Shown here: piece after piece, positions 20,486 to 29,787 of the stretch
Position numbering within the stretch: position 1 is the stretch's first letter
Layout: the number at the start of each line of letters is the position of its first letter
Origin: an uncultured Actinomycetota bacterium
GTDB taxonomy: Bacteria; Actinomycetota; Actinomycetes; Propionibacteriales; Nocardioidaceae
Reading direction: 5' to 3'
Assembly: GCA_963790145.1 (NCBI GenBank)
Contig: CAWBNN010000002.1
Span: 136,444 to 200,443, forward strand
DNA length: 64,000 bases
Translations under genes and position numbers: made by a program
The notes under the pieces: generated by a model
Database searches by the model: none
Told to the model about the DNA's origin: nothing
Seen by the model: only the letters and a program-made list of their open reading frames with translations

Positions 20486-21127
20486 ATGTCTCGACGTCGC
20501 GGATTCCTGGGTGAGATCTCCTGGTTTCAGCTCGCTGCCAGTGTCCTGGCCGCCGTCACCGCCGCCTGGATCGCCTCGTCGCTCGGGGTCGCGGGCACCC
20601 TCGTGGGAGCCGCTGTCGGCAGCGCCGTCGTCACACTCACCTCGGCGTTCTACGCCCGTACGCTCGACAAGGGCCGCACGCTGCTCGTCACCACCGCCAG
20701 CGGCACGGTGATCCAGCGGCGGGTCGAAGAGGACGGCGAGATCGCCGAGACGTTGGAGCAGGCCGCCGAAGAAGCCCCGGTCAAGAGTGCCGAGTTCGTC
20801 CCCGACGAGAACGCACCTCGACTGCACTGGAAGACCATCATCGTGACCACTGTGGTCGTCCTGGCCCTCGCGCTCGCCGCGATCTCGACGTACGAGCTGG
20901 TGACCGGCGAGACGCTCGACGGCTCCAAGGGGACGACGATCGGCGACACCCTCGGCGGCGACAGGGGCAAGCCCGAGCCGAGCGAAGAGACGCCCGACAC
21001 CACCACGACACCCACCCCGACAGCAACGACGACGACACCGAGCCCGTCGGCAACGACACCGACTCCGACCGCCACGCCGACGACTCCGACGCCCACGCCG
21101 GTCGAGTCGACCGAGCCTGCGGAATGA
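20486..21127 (+). CDS. Membrane protein with Thr/Pro-rich tail
   Basis: SSLGVAGTLVGAA hydrophobic hairpin, further TM, T/P low-complexity C-terminus. Confidence 0.8.
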   Translation: MSRRRGFLGEISWFQLAASVLAAVTAAWIASSLGVAGTLVGAAVGSAVVTLTSAFYARTLDKGRTLLVTTASGTVIQRRVEEDGEIAETLEQAAEEAPVKSAEFVPDENAPRLHWKTIIVTTVVVLALALAAISTYELVTGETLDGSKGTTIGDTLGGDRGKPEPSEETPDTTTTPTPTATTTTPSPSATTPTPTATPTTPTPTPVESTEPAE

Positions 21128-21147
21128 ACCCCGCGACGGCGACGTTG
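21121..21147 (+). promoter_or_regulatory. SigH/SigR-type ECF promoter
   Basis: GGAAT-N18-GTTG upstream of TPR gene. Confidence 0.65.
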
Positions 21148-21176
21148 ACCCGGCCGACGCCCTGGAAGGAGGCCTC

Positions 21177-21581
21177 ATGACCATCTACATGACCCCGAAC
21201 ATCACCGACGACACGATCGAGTCGCTCGACCTGTTCGACGCCTACCGCTACGGCGAGGAGCTGCTCGATTCACGCTTCCCCCGCGATGCCGCGCGCGTGC
21301 TCCGCAAGGTGGTCGAGGCCGAGCCGGACAACTCCGCTGGTTGGGAGCTGCTGGGGCGCGCCCACTTCGCAGCGGCCCACCTGCCGCCCGCCGAGGAGGC
21401 ATTCCGCCGACTGATCGAGCTGGAGCCCACGAGCATGTGGGCGCAGACCGCACTGGGCCTGACGCTCGACCGGCAGAGCCGCCACAGCGAGGGCGCCGTG
21501 CACCACCGCGTTGCCGCTGCCATGGGCGCTTCGGAGCGCGACGCCACGCGCGTCGAGCTCGTGGACCGGCAGACCGGCTGA
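21177..21581 (+). CDS. Tetratricopeptide repeat protein
   Basis: LLGRAHF..A....AEEAFRRLIELEP; AGGAGG RBS. Confidence 0.85.
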   Translation: MTIYMTPNITDDTIESLDLFDAYRYGEELLDSRFPRDAARVLRKVVEAEPDNSAGWELLGRAHFAAAHLPPAEEAFRRLIELEPTSMWAQTALGLTLDRQSRHSEGAVHHRVAAAMGASERDATRVELVDRQTG

Positions 21582-22240
21582 CCGCCCTGGACACGCACCA
21601 GGCCGCCGCGGCAACAGCTGTCGTGCTCGTCGCCATACCTCTCGTGTGGTCGAGGACCCGCCACCTCGTGACGCTGGTGCACGAGGCCGGGCATGCCATC
21701 GTCGCGGTGCTCACCGGCCGCCGGCTCAACGGCATACGGCTGCACAGCGACACCTCGGGGCTGACCGTTTCCAGCGGCAAGCCCCGAGGTGCCGGCATGA
21801 TTGCGACGGCCGCGGCGGGCTATCTCGCTCCCGCGGCCCTGGGCCTCGGATCCGTGTTGCTCGTCGATGCCGGTCATACGCCGTGGGCGCTGTATGCCGG
21901 TCTCGCCACACTCGCCGTGATGCTGTTGTACATCCGCAACTGGTTCGGACTCGTCGTCGTCGGGCTCAGCGGCGCCGCGGTGGGTCTGCTGATCTGGCGA
22001 GCGCCCGAGCGTGTCCAGGACTTCGCGGCCTTGGCGTTCGCCTGGTTCCTGCTCGTCGCCGCCCCGCGCATGACGCTCGACCTGTGGGCGCATCGCCGGC
22101 GAGTGCGCACGCGTACGACCGACGCCGACATCCTCGCCCGATTGACGTTCCTGCCCGCCGCTGTGTGGAACGTGATCTTCCTGCTGCTGACCTTGGCGGC
22201 ACTGGCCGTCGCCGTTCGCGTCGCCGACCTGATTGGATGA
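21578..22240 (+). CDS. M50B-like membrane metallopeptidase (start uncertain)
   Basis: HEAGH, HSDTSG, AAGYLAP, TDADILA. Confidence 0.85.
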   Translation: MTALDTHQAAAATAVVLVAIPLVWSRTRHLVTLVHEAGHAIVAVLTGRRLNGIRLHSDTSGLTVSSGKPRGAGMIATAAAGYLAPAALGLGSVLLVDAGHTPWALYAGLATLAVMLLYIRNWFGLVVVGLSGAAVGLLIWRAPERVQDFAALAFAWFLLVAAPRMTLDLWAHRRRVRTRTTDADILARLTFLPAAVWNVIFLLLTLAALAVAVRVADLIG

Positions 22241-23453
22241 CCAGGTGTTCACCGTCGGCAAGGAGCTCGAGGGCGCGCTCGGGCGTACGGGCACGATCTC
22301 GACCCCGCACGGCGAGATCGTCACCCCGGCATTCATCCCGGTAGGCACCCGCGCCACGGTCAAGGCCGTGCTGCCCGAAGCGATGGCCGACCTCGGCGCC
22401 CAGGCGCTGCTCGCCAACGCCTACCACCTCTATCTGCAGCCCGGCGCCGACATCATCGACGAAGCCGGCGGCCTCGGCGCGTTCATGAACTGGCGCGGGC
22501 CGACGTTCACCGACTCCGGCGGGTTCCAGGTGCTGTCGCTCGGCGCCGGTTTCAAGAAGACGCTCTCGATGGACGCCAAGGGGGTCGAGGCCGACGACGT
22601 CATCGCCGAGGGCAAGGACCGGCTCGCGCTGGTCGACGACGACGGCGTGACGTTCACGTCGCACCTCGATGGGTCCAAGCACCGGTTCACCCCTGAGGTG
22701 TCGATGCAGATCCAGCACCAGCTCGGCGCCGACATCATGTTCGCGTTCGACGAGCTGACGACGCTGATGAACTCGCGCGGCTACCAGGAGGAGTCGATCA
22801 AACGTACGCAGGCGTGGGCCGAACGATGCCTCGTCGAGCACCACCGGTTGACGGCCGAGCGCGCCGGCAAGCCCGCGCAGGCACTGTTCGGTGTCGTGCA
22901 GGGTGCGCAGCACGAGGACCTGCGTCGGGCTGCCGCTCGTGGGCTCGTGGGACTCGACACTGACGGGGCGGGGTTCGACGGCTTCGGCGTCGGTGGCGCG
23001 ATCGAGAAGGAGAACCTCGGCACGATCGTCCGCTGGGTCAACGAGGAGCTGCCCGACGACAAGCCGCGCCACCTGCTGGGCATCAGCGAACCCGATGACC
23101 TGTTCACCGCCGTCGAGAACGGCTGCGACACGTTCGACTGCGTCTCGCCGTCGCGCGTCGCGCGGTCATCGCGGGTCTATGCGATGACCGGCCGCTACAA
23201 CCTCAATGTCGCGGCGTCACGGCGCGCCTTCGAACCCATCGATCCCGAGTGCGACTGCTACACGTGCGCGCACTACTCCAAGGCGTACCTGCACCACCTG
23301 TTCAAGACCAAGGAGTATGTCGCCGGGACGCTCGCGACGATCCACAACGAGCGGTTCACCGTGCGGCTCGTCGACGACATGCGTACGCACATCGAGGCCG
23401 GCACGTTCGGGGAGTTCAAGACCGACTTCCTGGCCCGGTTCTACGCCCCCTGA
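22233..23453 (+). CDS. tgt: tRNA-guanine(34) transglycosylase
   Basis: TPAFIPVGT, NAYHL, TDSGGFQ, PRHLLG, CDCYTC..HN. Confidence 0.96.
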   Translation: MDDQVFTVGKELEGALGRTGTISTPHGEIVTPAFIPVGTRATVKAVLPEAMADLGAQALLANAYHLYLQPGADIIDEAGGLGAFMNWRGPTFTDSGGFQVLSLGAGFKKTLSMDAKGVEADDVIAEGKDRLALVDDDGVTFTSHLDGSKHRFTPEVSMQIQHQLGADIMFAFDELTTLMNSRGYQEESIKRTQAWAERCLVEHHRLTAERAGKPAQALFGVVQGAQHEDLRRAAARGLVGLDTDGAGFDGFGVGGAIEKENLGTIVRWVNEELPDDKPRHLLGISEPDDLFTAVENGCDTFDCVSPSRVARSSRVYAMTGRYNLNVAASRRAFEPIDPECDCYTCAHYSKAYLHHLFKTKEYVAGTLATIHNERFTVRLVDDMRTHIEAGTFGEFKTDFLARFYAP

Positions 23454-23538
23454 TTCCCAGCACGTGCTGGGAAACCTGCACCGAGCACCTGTTGCAACGT
23501 GTGCGAAGTGCCAGTTTCCCAGCACGTGCTGGGAAACT
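23454..23538. repeat. Two copies of a perfect palindrome (REP-like) between convergent genes
   Basis: TTCCCAGCACGTGCTGGGAA at 23454-23473; AGTTTCCCAGCACGTGCTGGGAAACT at 23513-23538. Confidence 0.85.
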
Positions 23539-23544
23539 TGGGAC

Positions 23545-24270
23545 TCACGACCAGTAGGTCGGCTCGCGGTCCTTGAGGAGCTTGATGGCCAGCATCGTGA
23601 CCGGCATGACGAGCAGCTCGACGGCGCACTTGAAGACGAACCCGACGACGAAGTAGTTGACGAACTGGCCACCCGTCGAGATCCCGATCGCCGACGCGGC
23701 AATCGCGCAGAAGATGAACGTGTCGGCTGCCTCGCCCACCCCCGTCGAGCTCGCCAGCCGCCGGAACAGGCCGGGCTCGGCGCTGCGGGCCTTCATGCGC
23801 ACGAGCACCCAGGAGTTGAGGAACTGTCCCGTCAGGTACGCGACCATCGAGGCACCGACGATCTGCAGGCCCGACCAGACGACGCTCTCGAACGCCTCCT
23901 GGTTGTCCCAGAAGCTCGCGCCGGGCAATGCCATGACGATCAGGAACGTCGCGAACGTCATGATCGCCGTGCCGAAGCCCACCAGGATCGCTCGCCGCGC
24001 CGCCTTGAAGCCATACACCTCGGACATGACGTCGCCGAGGATGTAAGCCAGCGGGAACAGCACAGCTCCACCGTCGGAGATGATCGGCCAGATCTGGACC
24101 GGCCCGAGCGAAAGGTCGCCGGACCCGAACTCGGTCGCCTTGGTCGCGGCGATGTTGGACACGACGAGCACGACGCAGAACACGGCAAGGATGACGTCGT
24201 AGTACGACGATCCGCGCGACGCGTAGTGGATCTCGCGGTCAGGCTGAGCAGCGGTTTCCTGCGATGTCAT
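23545..24270 (-). CDS. yhhQ: Queuosine precursor transporter (YhhQ/VUT family)
   Basis: SNIAATK, FPLAYILGDVMSEVYG, AYLTGQF, SSTGVGE..DT; next to tgt. Confidence 0.9.
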   Translation of the reverse strand: MTSQETAAQPDREIHYASRGSSYYDVILAVFCVVLVVSNIAATKATEFGSGDLSLGPVQIWPIISDGGAVLFPLAYILGDVMSEVYGFKAARRAILVGFGTAIMTFATFLIVMALPGASFWDNQEAFESVVWSGLQIVGASMVAYLTGQFLNSWVLVRMKARSAEPGLFRRLASSTGVGEAADTFIFCAIAASAIGISTGGQFVNYFVVGFVFKCAVELLVMPVTMLAIKLLKDREPTYWS

Positions 24271-24313
24271 GGGTGACATCCAACCACGTGGTCACCTCTG
24301 GGAGAATCGACTC

Positions 24314-25567
24314 ATGACCGCCGAGCTGCCGACCTCCACCGACGTGCTCGTCGTCGGCGCTGGCCCTGCTGGCTCGGCTGCTGCCGCCTGGACCGCTCGC
24401 TTCGGCATGGACACCGTGCTCGCGGATGCTGCGACGTTCCCCCGCGACAAGACCTGCGGCGACGGGCTCACGCCCCGCGCGATCGCCGAGCTCCAACGGC
24501 TCGGGCTCGAGGAGTGGGTACGCGGACACGGCACCAACCGCGGCCTGCGCGCTGCCGGCTTCGGCCAGGAGCTGCTGCTCCCCTGGCCCGGCGGCTCGCT
24601 GCCCGACTGGGGCTCGGCAGTCCCCCGCACCGAGCTCGATGACAAGATCTTCCGCGTCGCCCTCGAGGCCGGCGCCACCCCGTTCGAGGGTGCCCGGGCC
24701 GTCGACGCCGAGCGCGACGCCGCCGGCAAGGTCACCGCGGTCACGTTCCAGATTGGCAAGAGCCGCACGCCACACACGATCCGGTGCAATCGGCTCGTCG
24801 TCGCCGACGGCGTACGTTCGCCCCTGGGTCGCGTGCTGGGCCGGGAGTGGCACCGTGACACCGCCTACGGCGTCGCCGGTCGCTCATACGTGAAGTCCGG
24901 ACGCAGCGACGACCCGTGGATCTCCTCGCACCTCGAGCTCCGGGGCGAGGACGACGAGCTGCTGCCCGGATACGGCTGGATCTTCCCGCTTGGCGACGGC
25001 GAGGTCAACCTCGGCGTCGGTGCCCTCGCGACCGCCAAGCGCCCCGCCGACCTGCAGATCCGCCCGCTGATGGAGTACTACTCGTCCCTGCGCCGCGAGG
25101 AGTGGGACCTCAGCGGCGAGCTCCGACTGCCCACCAGCGCCCTGCTGCCCATGGGCGGCGCGGTCTCCGGTGTGGCGGGCCCCAACTGGATCCTCGTCGG
25201 CGACGCCGCCGGCTGCGTCAACCCCCTCAACGGCGAAGGCATCGACTACGGCCTCGAGACCGGCCGGGTCGGCGCGGAGCTCATGCGTACGCACACCGAC
25301 CTCCAGGCGGCGTGGCCGACGCTGCTCACCACGCACTACGGCGAGGCGTTCTCCATCGCGCGCCGGCTCGCCGGACTCATCACCGTGCCGCGCCTGCTGC
25401 CCACTGCAGGCCCGGTGGGCATGCGGTCGCACCGTCTGATGACCTTCGCGCTGCGGGTCATGGGCAACCTCGTGACCGACGAGGACCGTGACTTCACCGC
25501 CCGCCTCTGGCGCTGGGCCGGACGCCAGTCCGTACGCCTCGACGATCGCCCGCCCTTCACCTCCTGA
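24314..25567 (+). CDS. Geranylgeranyl reductase family FAD protein (MenJ-like menaquinone reductase)
   Basis: GAGPAG, FPRDKTCGDG, GYGWIFP, GDAAGCVNPLNGEGI. Confidence 0.88.
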   Translation: MTAELPTSTDVLVVGAGPAGSAAAAWTARFGMDTVLADAATFPRDKTCGDGLTPRAIAELQRLGLEEWVRGHGTNRGLRAAGFGQELLLPWPGGSLPDWGSAVPRTELDDKIFRVALEAGATPFEGARAVDAERDAAGKVTAVTFQIGKSRTPHTIRCNRLVVADGVRSPLGRVLGREWHRDTAYGVAGRSYVKSGRSDDPWISSHLELRGEDDELLPGYGWIFPLGDGEVNLGVGALATAKRPADLQIRPLMEYYSSLRREEWDLSGELRLPTSALLPMGGAVSGVAGPNWILVGDAAGCVNPLNGEGIDYGLETGRVGAELMRTHTDLQAAWPTLLTTHYGEAFSIARRLAGLITVPRLLPTAGPVGMRSHRLMTFALRVMGNLVTDEDRDFTARLWRWAGRQSVRLDDRPPFTS

Positions 25568-25609
25568 GAACCGCCCGCGAACGCGACAGCCAGCCGCTAA
25601 TCTCTGGCC

Positions 25610-25951
25610 ATGACCGAACCGCCCCCGGGCCAGCCGCCGTACAACCCGCCACCACCCGGTTACGGTCCGCCGCCTCCGGGCTACGGCCCGCTCGCATTCG
25701 GCCTGTTCGCCGGGTTCACGCTCTACTTCGTGCTCGACCACGGCCAAGGACCCATCGCTGCGATCAAGTCGAGCTTCGCCCTGGTGACGGCCAACTTCGG
25801 CAACGCGCTCGTCGCGATGCTGCTGGCCGCGCTCGTGGCATCTGGCGGGTTCCTCGCCTGCTTCCTCGGTCTCATCTTCACGGTGCCCTTCGCCATGCTG
25901 CTGCACGTCTACACGTACCGATTCCTCAGTGGCGGCACCGTCGCGCCCTGA
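25610..25951 (+). CDS. Short Pro-rich membrane protein, possibly internally deleted
   Basis: PPPPGYG repeats joined directly to ...GPIAAIKSSF...HVYTYRFLSGG. Confidence 0.65.
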   Translation: MTEPPPGQPPYNPPPPGYGPPPPGYGPLAFGLFAGFTLYFVLDHGQGPIAAIKSSFALVTANFGNALVAMLLAALVASGGFLACFLGLIFTVPFAMLLHVYTYRFLSGGTVAP

Positions 25952-25962
25952 CCGGCGGACAT

Positions 25963-25993
25963 ACGAAAGGCCCGGCCGAAGCCGGGCCTTCGT
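25963..25993. terminator. Bidirectional terminator hairpin
   Basis: AAGGCCCGGC-cgaa-GCCGGGCCTT between convergent genes. Confidence 0.75.
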
Positions 25994-26005
25994 GTGTTCA
26001 GGTGG

Positions 26006-26518
26006 TTACGCAGCAGGCGGCGCAGGCGGAGCCGGCGGCGTGTCGTTCTTCTTGTTGATGTCGGGCATCTTCTCGCCCGACTCCTTGAAGCCGAGGAACG
26101 TGAAGGCGGTCACCGCGATCGTCGTGATGAACAGCAGCCAGCCGGACCATCCCGGACCAACATCGACGCTGCCGAGTCCGCTGTCGCCGACGGTGAATGC
26201 GCGAATGATGATGAGGATCGTGCCGAGGCCAGCGGCCGCAGCGGCGACCAGGTTCCATGGAACACCGTCCGGCAGGTTCTCCGCCGCGAATGCCTTGACT
26301 GCGACGATTGCCGTGGCGGCGACGATCAGCAGCATCCCGACGAACGCCCATCCGTGCCACGCGCTGATCCCGCTTGAGAAGCTCAGACCGGGGATGTCCT
26401 TGCCGCCGTCGATCGACACCACCACGTACTTGGGGATGAACGACAGGATGATCGAGACTGCGCCGGCGACGAGCGCGCCTTGTTCGAATTTGCCCAGAGA
26501 CTTGAAGTCAACGGCCAT
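26006..26518 (-). CDS. Hypothetical 4-TM membrane protein
   Basis: Hydrophobic segments, GGGAGAAG RBS, typical codon usage. Confidence 0.8.
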   Translation of the reverse strand: MAVDFKSLGKFEQGALVAGAVSIILSFIPKYVVVSIDGGKDIPGLSFSSGISAWHGWAFVGMLLIVAATAIVAVKAFAAENLPDGVPWNLVAAAAAGLGTILIIIRAFTVGDSGLGSVDVGPGWSGWLLFITTIAVTAFTFLGFKESGEKMPDINKKNDTPPAPPAPPAA

Positions 26519-26670
26519 GGTGAATCTTCTCCCAACGATGAATGTTAGGGCTGAATCTAGACCCCTGACGCTCCTTTACGACAGCAATTTCACTGGTATT
26601 TACACCGTGTCGCCGATGCCGTCCACACGCCGCTGCGGTTGCGGCACCGGCGTAGGACACAATCTGCGTC

Positions 26671-28323
26671 ATGGATGCTGATGTCATCGTTGTCGGGGCG
26701 GGCCTCGCGGGTCTTGTCGCCACTGCTGAGCTCGTCGAAGCCGGACGCAAGGTCATCGTGGTTGACCAAGAAGGCGAGCAGGGAATCGGCGGTCAGGCCT
26801 TCTGGTCGTTCGGCGGGCTGTTCTTCGTCGACTCGCCACAACAGCGCCGGATGGGCATCAAGGATTCGGTCGAGCTCGCCATGCAGGACTGGATGGGCAG
26901 CGCCCAGTTCGACCGCGACGAGGACCACTGGCCGCGGCAGTGGGCCGAGGCGTACGTCAACTTCGCCGCAGGCGAGAAGCGCGCCTGGCTCAAGGAGCGC
27001 GGACACAGCGTGTTCCCGGTCGTCGGCTGGGCCGAGCGCGGTGGCGGGTTGGCCAGCGGGCACGGCAACTCCGTGCCCCGCTTCCACATCACGTGGGGCA
27101 CCGGGCCGGGCATCGTCGAGCCGTTCGAGAAGCTCGTACGAGCGGGACTCGACCAAGGCCTCGTCCAGTTCGCCTTCCGCCACCAGGTCGACGAGCTGAT
27201 CGTGAGCAACGGCGCCGTGACGGGCGTCCGCGGCCAGGTGCTCGAGCCGACCGACGCCGAGCGGGCAGCTCCCACATCGCGTACGCCCGTCGGTGAGTTC
27301 GAGCTGACCGCGCAAGCCGTGATCGTGACGTCCGGTGGCATCGGCGGCAACCACGACCTCGTGCGCGCCAACTGGCCTGACCGTCTCGGCACTCCCCCAG
27401 AGCACATGATCTCCGGCGTACCGGCCCACGTCGACGGCCGCATGCTCGGCATCGCGGAGCAGGCCGGCGCGAGCCACATCAACCGCGACCGCATGTGGCA
27501 CTACGTCGAGGGCATCAAGAACTGGGACCCGATCTGGCCCTTTCACGGCATTCGCATCCTGCCCGGGCCGTCGTCGATGTGGCTCGACGGTGGCGGCAAG
27601 CGGCTGCCGATCCCCGGCCTGCCCGGATTCGACACCCTCGGCACGCTCAAGCTGCTGCGGCACAGCGGCCACGACCACTCGTGGTTCGTGCTGACGCAGG
27701 CGATCATCGAGAAGGAGTTCGCCCTCTCCGGCCAGGAGCAGAACCCCGACCTCACCGGCAAGAGCGTGCGTGAGCTGCTCAAGCAGCGCCTCGCCAAGGG
27801 CGCCACCGGCCCGGTCGAGGCGTTCAAGTCCCAAGGCGACGACTTCATCGTCGCCGACACGATCGAGGAGCTCGTCGCGGGCATGAACACCCTGACGCCC
27901 GACGCGCCGGTCGATGCCGAGCTCGTACGCCGGCAGGTCGAGGATCGCGACCGCGAGCTCGACAACGCGTTCACCAAGGACCTGCAGATCGCGGCACTCA
28001 AGCAGGCGCGCACCTACCGCGGCGACAAGCTCATCCGGGTGGCCGCACCGCACAAGATCCTCGATCCCAAGAAGGGCCCGCTGATCGCCGTACGCCTGCA
28101 CGTCCTGACCCGCAAGTCGCTCGGCGGTCTCGAGACCAACCTCGACTCGCAGGTTCTGGCCACCGACGGGTCGCCACTCGAGGGCTTGTACGCCGCGGGC
28201 GAGGTCGCTGGATTCGGCGGCGGAGGCGTGCACGGCTACAACTCCCTCGAGGGCACGTTCCTGGGCGGCTGCATCTTCAGCGGCCGCGCCGCCGGTCGGG
28301 CCGCTGCCAAGCAGGTGAGCTGA
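26671..28323 (+). CDS. FAD-binding dehydrogenase (KsdD-like family)
   Basis: GAGLAGL, GGQAFWSFGG, GNSVPRFH, LEGTFLGGC. Confidence 0.92.
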   Translation: MDADVIVVGAGLAGLVATAELVEAGRKVIVVDQEGEQGIGGQAFWSFGGLFFVDSPQQRRMGIKDSVELAMQDWMGSAQFDRDEDHWPRQWAEAYVNFAAGEKRAWLKERGHSVFPVVGWAERGGGLASGHGNSVPRFHITWGTGPGIVEPFEKLVRAGLDQGLVQFAFRHQVDELIVSNGAVTGVRGQVLEPTDAERAAPTSRTPVGEFELTAQAVIVTSGGIGGNHDLVRANWPDRLGTPPEHMISGVPAHVDGRMLGIAEQAGASHINRDRMWHYVEGIKNWDPIWPFHGIRILPGPSSMWLDGGGKRLPIPGLPGFDTLGTLKLLRHSGHDHSWFVLTQAIIEKEFALSGQEQNPDLTGKSVRELLKQRLAKGATGPVEAFKSQGDDFIVADTIEELVAGMNTLTPDAPVDAELVRRQVEDRDRELDNAFTKDLQIAALKQARTYRGDKLIRVAAPHKILDPKKGPLIAVRLHVLTRKSLGGLETNLDSQVLATDGSPLEGLYAAGEVAGFGGGGVHGYNSLEGTFLGGCIFSGRAAGRAAAKQVS

Positions 28324-28345
28324 AGTCGGGCGTACGTTTGGACGC

Positions 28346-29170
28346 ATGAACACTGCACCACTGCTCGAGCTCAACGACGGCCGACAGATGCCGGTCCTCG
28401 GCTTCGGGACGTACTCGATCAAGGATCCGCGTGTCTTCGTCGAGGCCATCGACACGGGCTACCGCCTGCTCGACACCGCCACCCGCTATGAGAACGAGAC
28501 CGAGGTGGGCCAGGGCATCGCCGACTCGCCGGTCTCCCGTGACGAGCTGTTCGTCACGACCAAGCTCCCCGGCAACGCGCACGGCTCGCAGGGCCCGCGC
28601 ATCGAGCTGACCGCGTCGCTCGAGCGGCTCGGACTCGACCACGTCGACCTCTACCTGATCCACTGGCCGCTGCCCCGCATCGACAAGTACGTCGAGACGT
28701 GGCAGGCCATGATCGAGCTGAGGGACGAAGGCCTCGCCCGGTCGATCGGCGTCTCCAACTTCCTGCCCGAGCACCTCGACCGCATCGTCGCCGAGACCGG
28801 GGTGGCCCCGGCGGTCAACCAGGTCGAGCTGCATCCTTATTTCCCCCAGACCGCGCAACGGGCCGCGAACGAGGGCTACCGCATCATCACGCAGAGCTGG
28901 ACGCCGATCGGCCGCGGCAGCGACCTGCTCGACAACCCTGTGCTCGCCGAGATCGGTGCCAAGCACGGCAGGTCGCCGGCTCAGGTCGTCCTGCGGTGGC
29001 ACACGCAGATCGGCGCCGCACCCATCCCGAAGTCGGCGACACCGGAACGGTTCCGCAGCAACCTCGACATCTTCGCGTTCGAGCTCGACGAGGGCGACCT
29101 CGACCGGATCGCCGGACTCGAGACCGGCCAGCGCATCGGTGGCGATCCCCGCACCCACGAGGAGTTCTAG
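28346..29170 (+). CDS. Aldo/keto reductase (DkgA-like)
   Basis: DTATRYENE, DLYLIHWP, IGVSNF, NQVELHP, IPKS. Confidence 0.95.
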   Translation: MNTAPLLELNDGRQMPVLGFGTYSIKDPRVFVEAIDTGYRLLDTATRYENETEVGQGIADSPVSRDELFVTTKLPGNAHGSQGPRIELTASLERLGLDHVDLYLIHWPLPRIDKYVETWQAMIELRDEGLARSIGVSNFLPEHLDRIVAETGVAPAVNQVELHPYFPQTAQRAANEGYRIITQSWTPIGRGSDLLDNPVLAEIGAKHGRSPAQVVLRWHTQIGAAPIPKSATPERFRSNLDIFAFELDEGDLDRIAGLETGQRIGGDPRTHEEF

Positions 29171-29333
29171 GGCGTGTCTCCCAATTGGCGGTCGAAAGTG
29201 AGCGGAGCATCCGCGCCCGTCTGACAAGGCAGAGGAGGGAGGCGCACCGGGGTTGTGCGGCGACCGACGATAACGCCGGCAGACGGGATGCGGGGCTCCG
29301 CGAGCCGGCCGTGAATTGGGAGACACGCCCTAG
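29167..29333. mobile_element. MITE with perfect terminal inverted repeats (IS5-family-like ends)
   Basis: CTAGGGCGTGTCTCCCAATT (29167-29186) and its exact reverse complement (29314-29333); 167 bp; no transposase. Confidence 0.85.
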
Positions 29334-29349
29334 CCGCTAGGTTCATCGC

Positions 29350-29745
29350 ATGACCACTCTTGCGCTGATCCTCGCCGGCATCGCGGGCCTGCTCCACGTG
29401 CTGTTCTTCAAGCTGGAGTCTCTTGACTGGCGCAAGCCCAAGACCTGGAAGACGTTCGGACTGACGTCACAGGCCGACGCCGACACGACCGCTTCCTTGG
29501 CGTTCAACCAGGGGTTCTACAACCTCTTCCTTGCCATCGGCACGTTCGTCGGCATCGGCCTCATCGTGTGCTGCGACAACCGCGACACGATGGGCTGGAC
29601 CCTGATCGTGTTCGCGTGCGGCAGCATGCTCGCCGCGGCCATCGTGCTGATCTCCAGCGGCGGCAAGTCGTACGCCCGCGCGGCCGCGATCCAGGGCGTA
29701 CCCGCGCTCCTGGCCGTGGTGACCAGCCTCATCGCCGCCAACTGA
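29350..29745 (+). CDS. DUF1304 family membrane protein
   Basis: H..FF.LE, AFNQGFYNLFLA, A..QG. Confidence 0.9.
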   Translation: MTTLALILAGIAGLLHVLFFKLESLDWRKPKTWKTFGLTSQADADTTASLAFNQGFYNLFLAIGTFVGIGLIVCCDNRDTMGWTLIVFACGSMLAAAIVLISSGGKSYARAAAIQGVPALLAVVTSLIAAN

Positions 29746-29759
29746 GACGGCCGCAGATC

Positions 29760-29781
29760 CGTCGGGGCCGCCGACTAGTGT
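29760..29781 (+). promoter_or_regulatory. RecA-NDp/PafBC-like promoter for xthA
   Basis: CGTCGGGG-N8-TAGTGT, 6 nt before GTG 29788. Confidence 0.5.
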
Positions 29782-29787
29782 TGGCGC

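Noticed and set aside
20990-21120. ACG/CCG-rich repeats here and GGCAAC repeats near 38980-39010
   Set aside because: Explained by Thr/Pro and Gly/Asn low-complexity linkers
23454-23538. Possible mini CRISPR array
   Set aside because: Only two loopless palindromes, no leader and no cas genes
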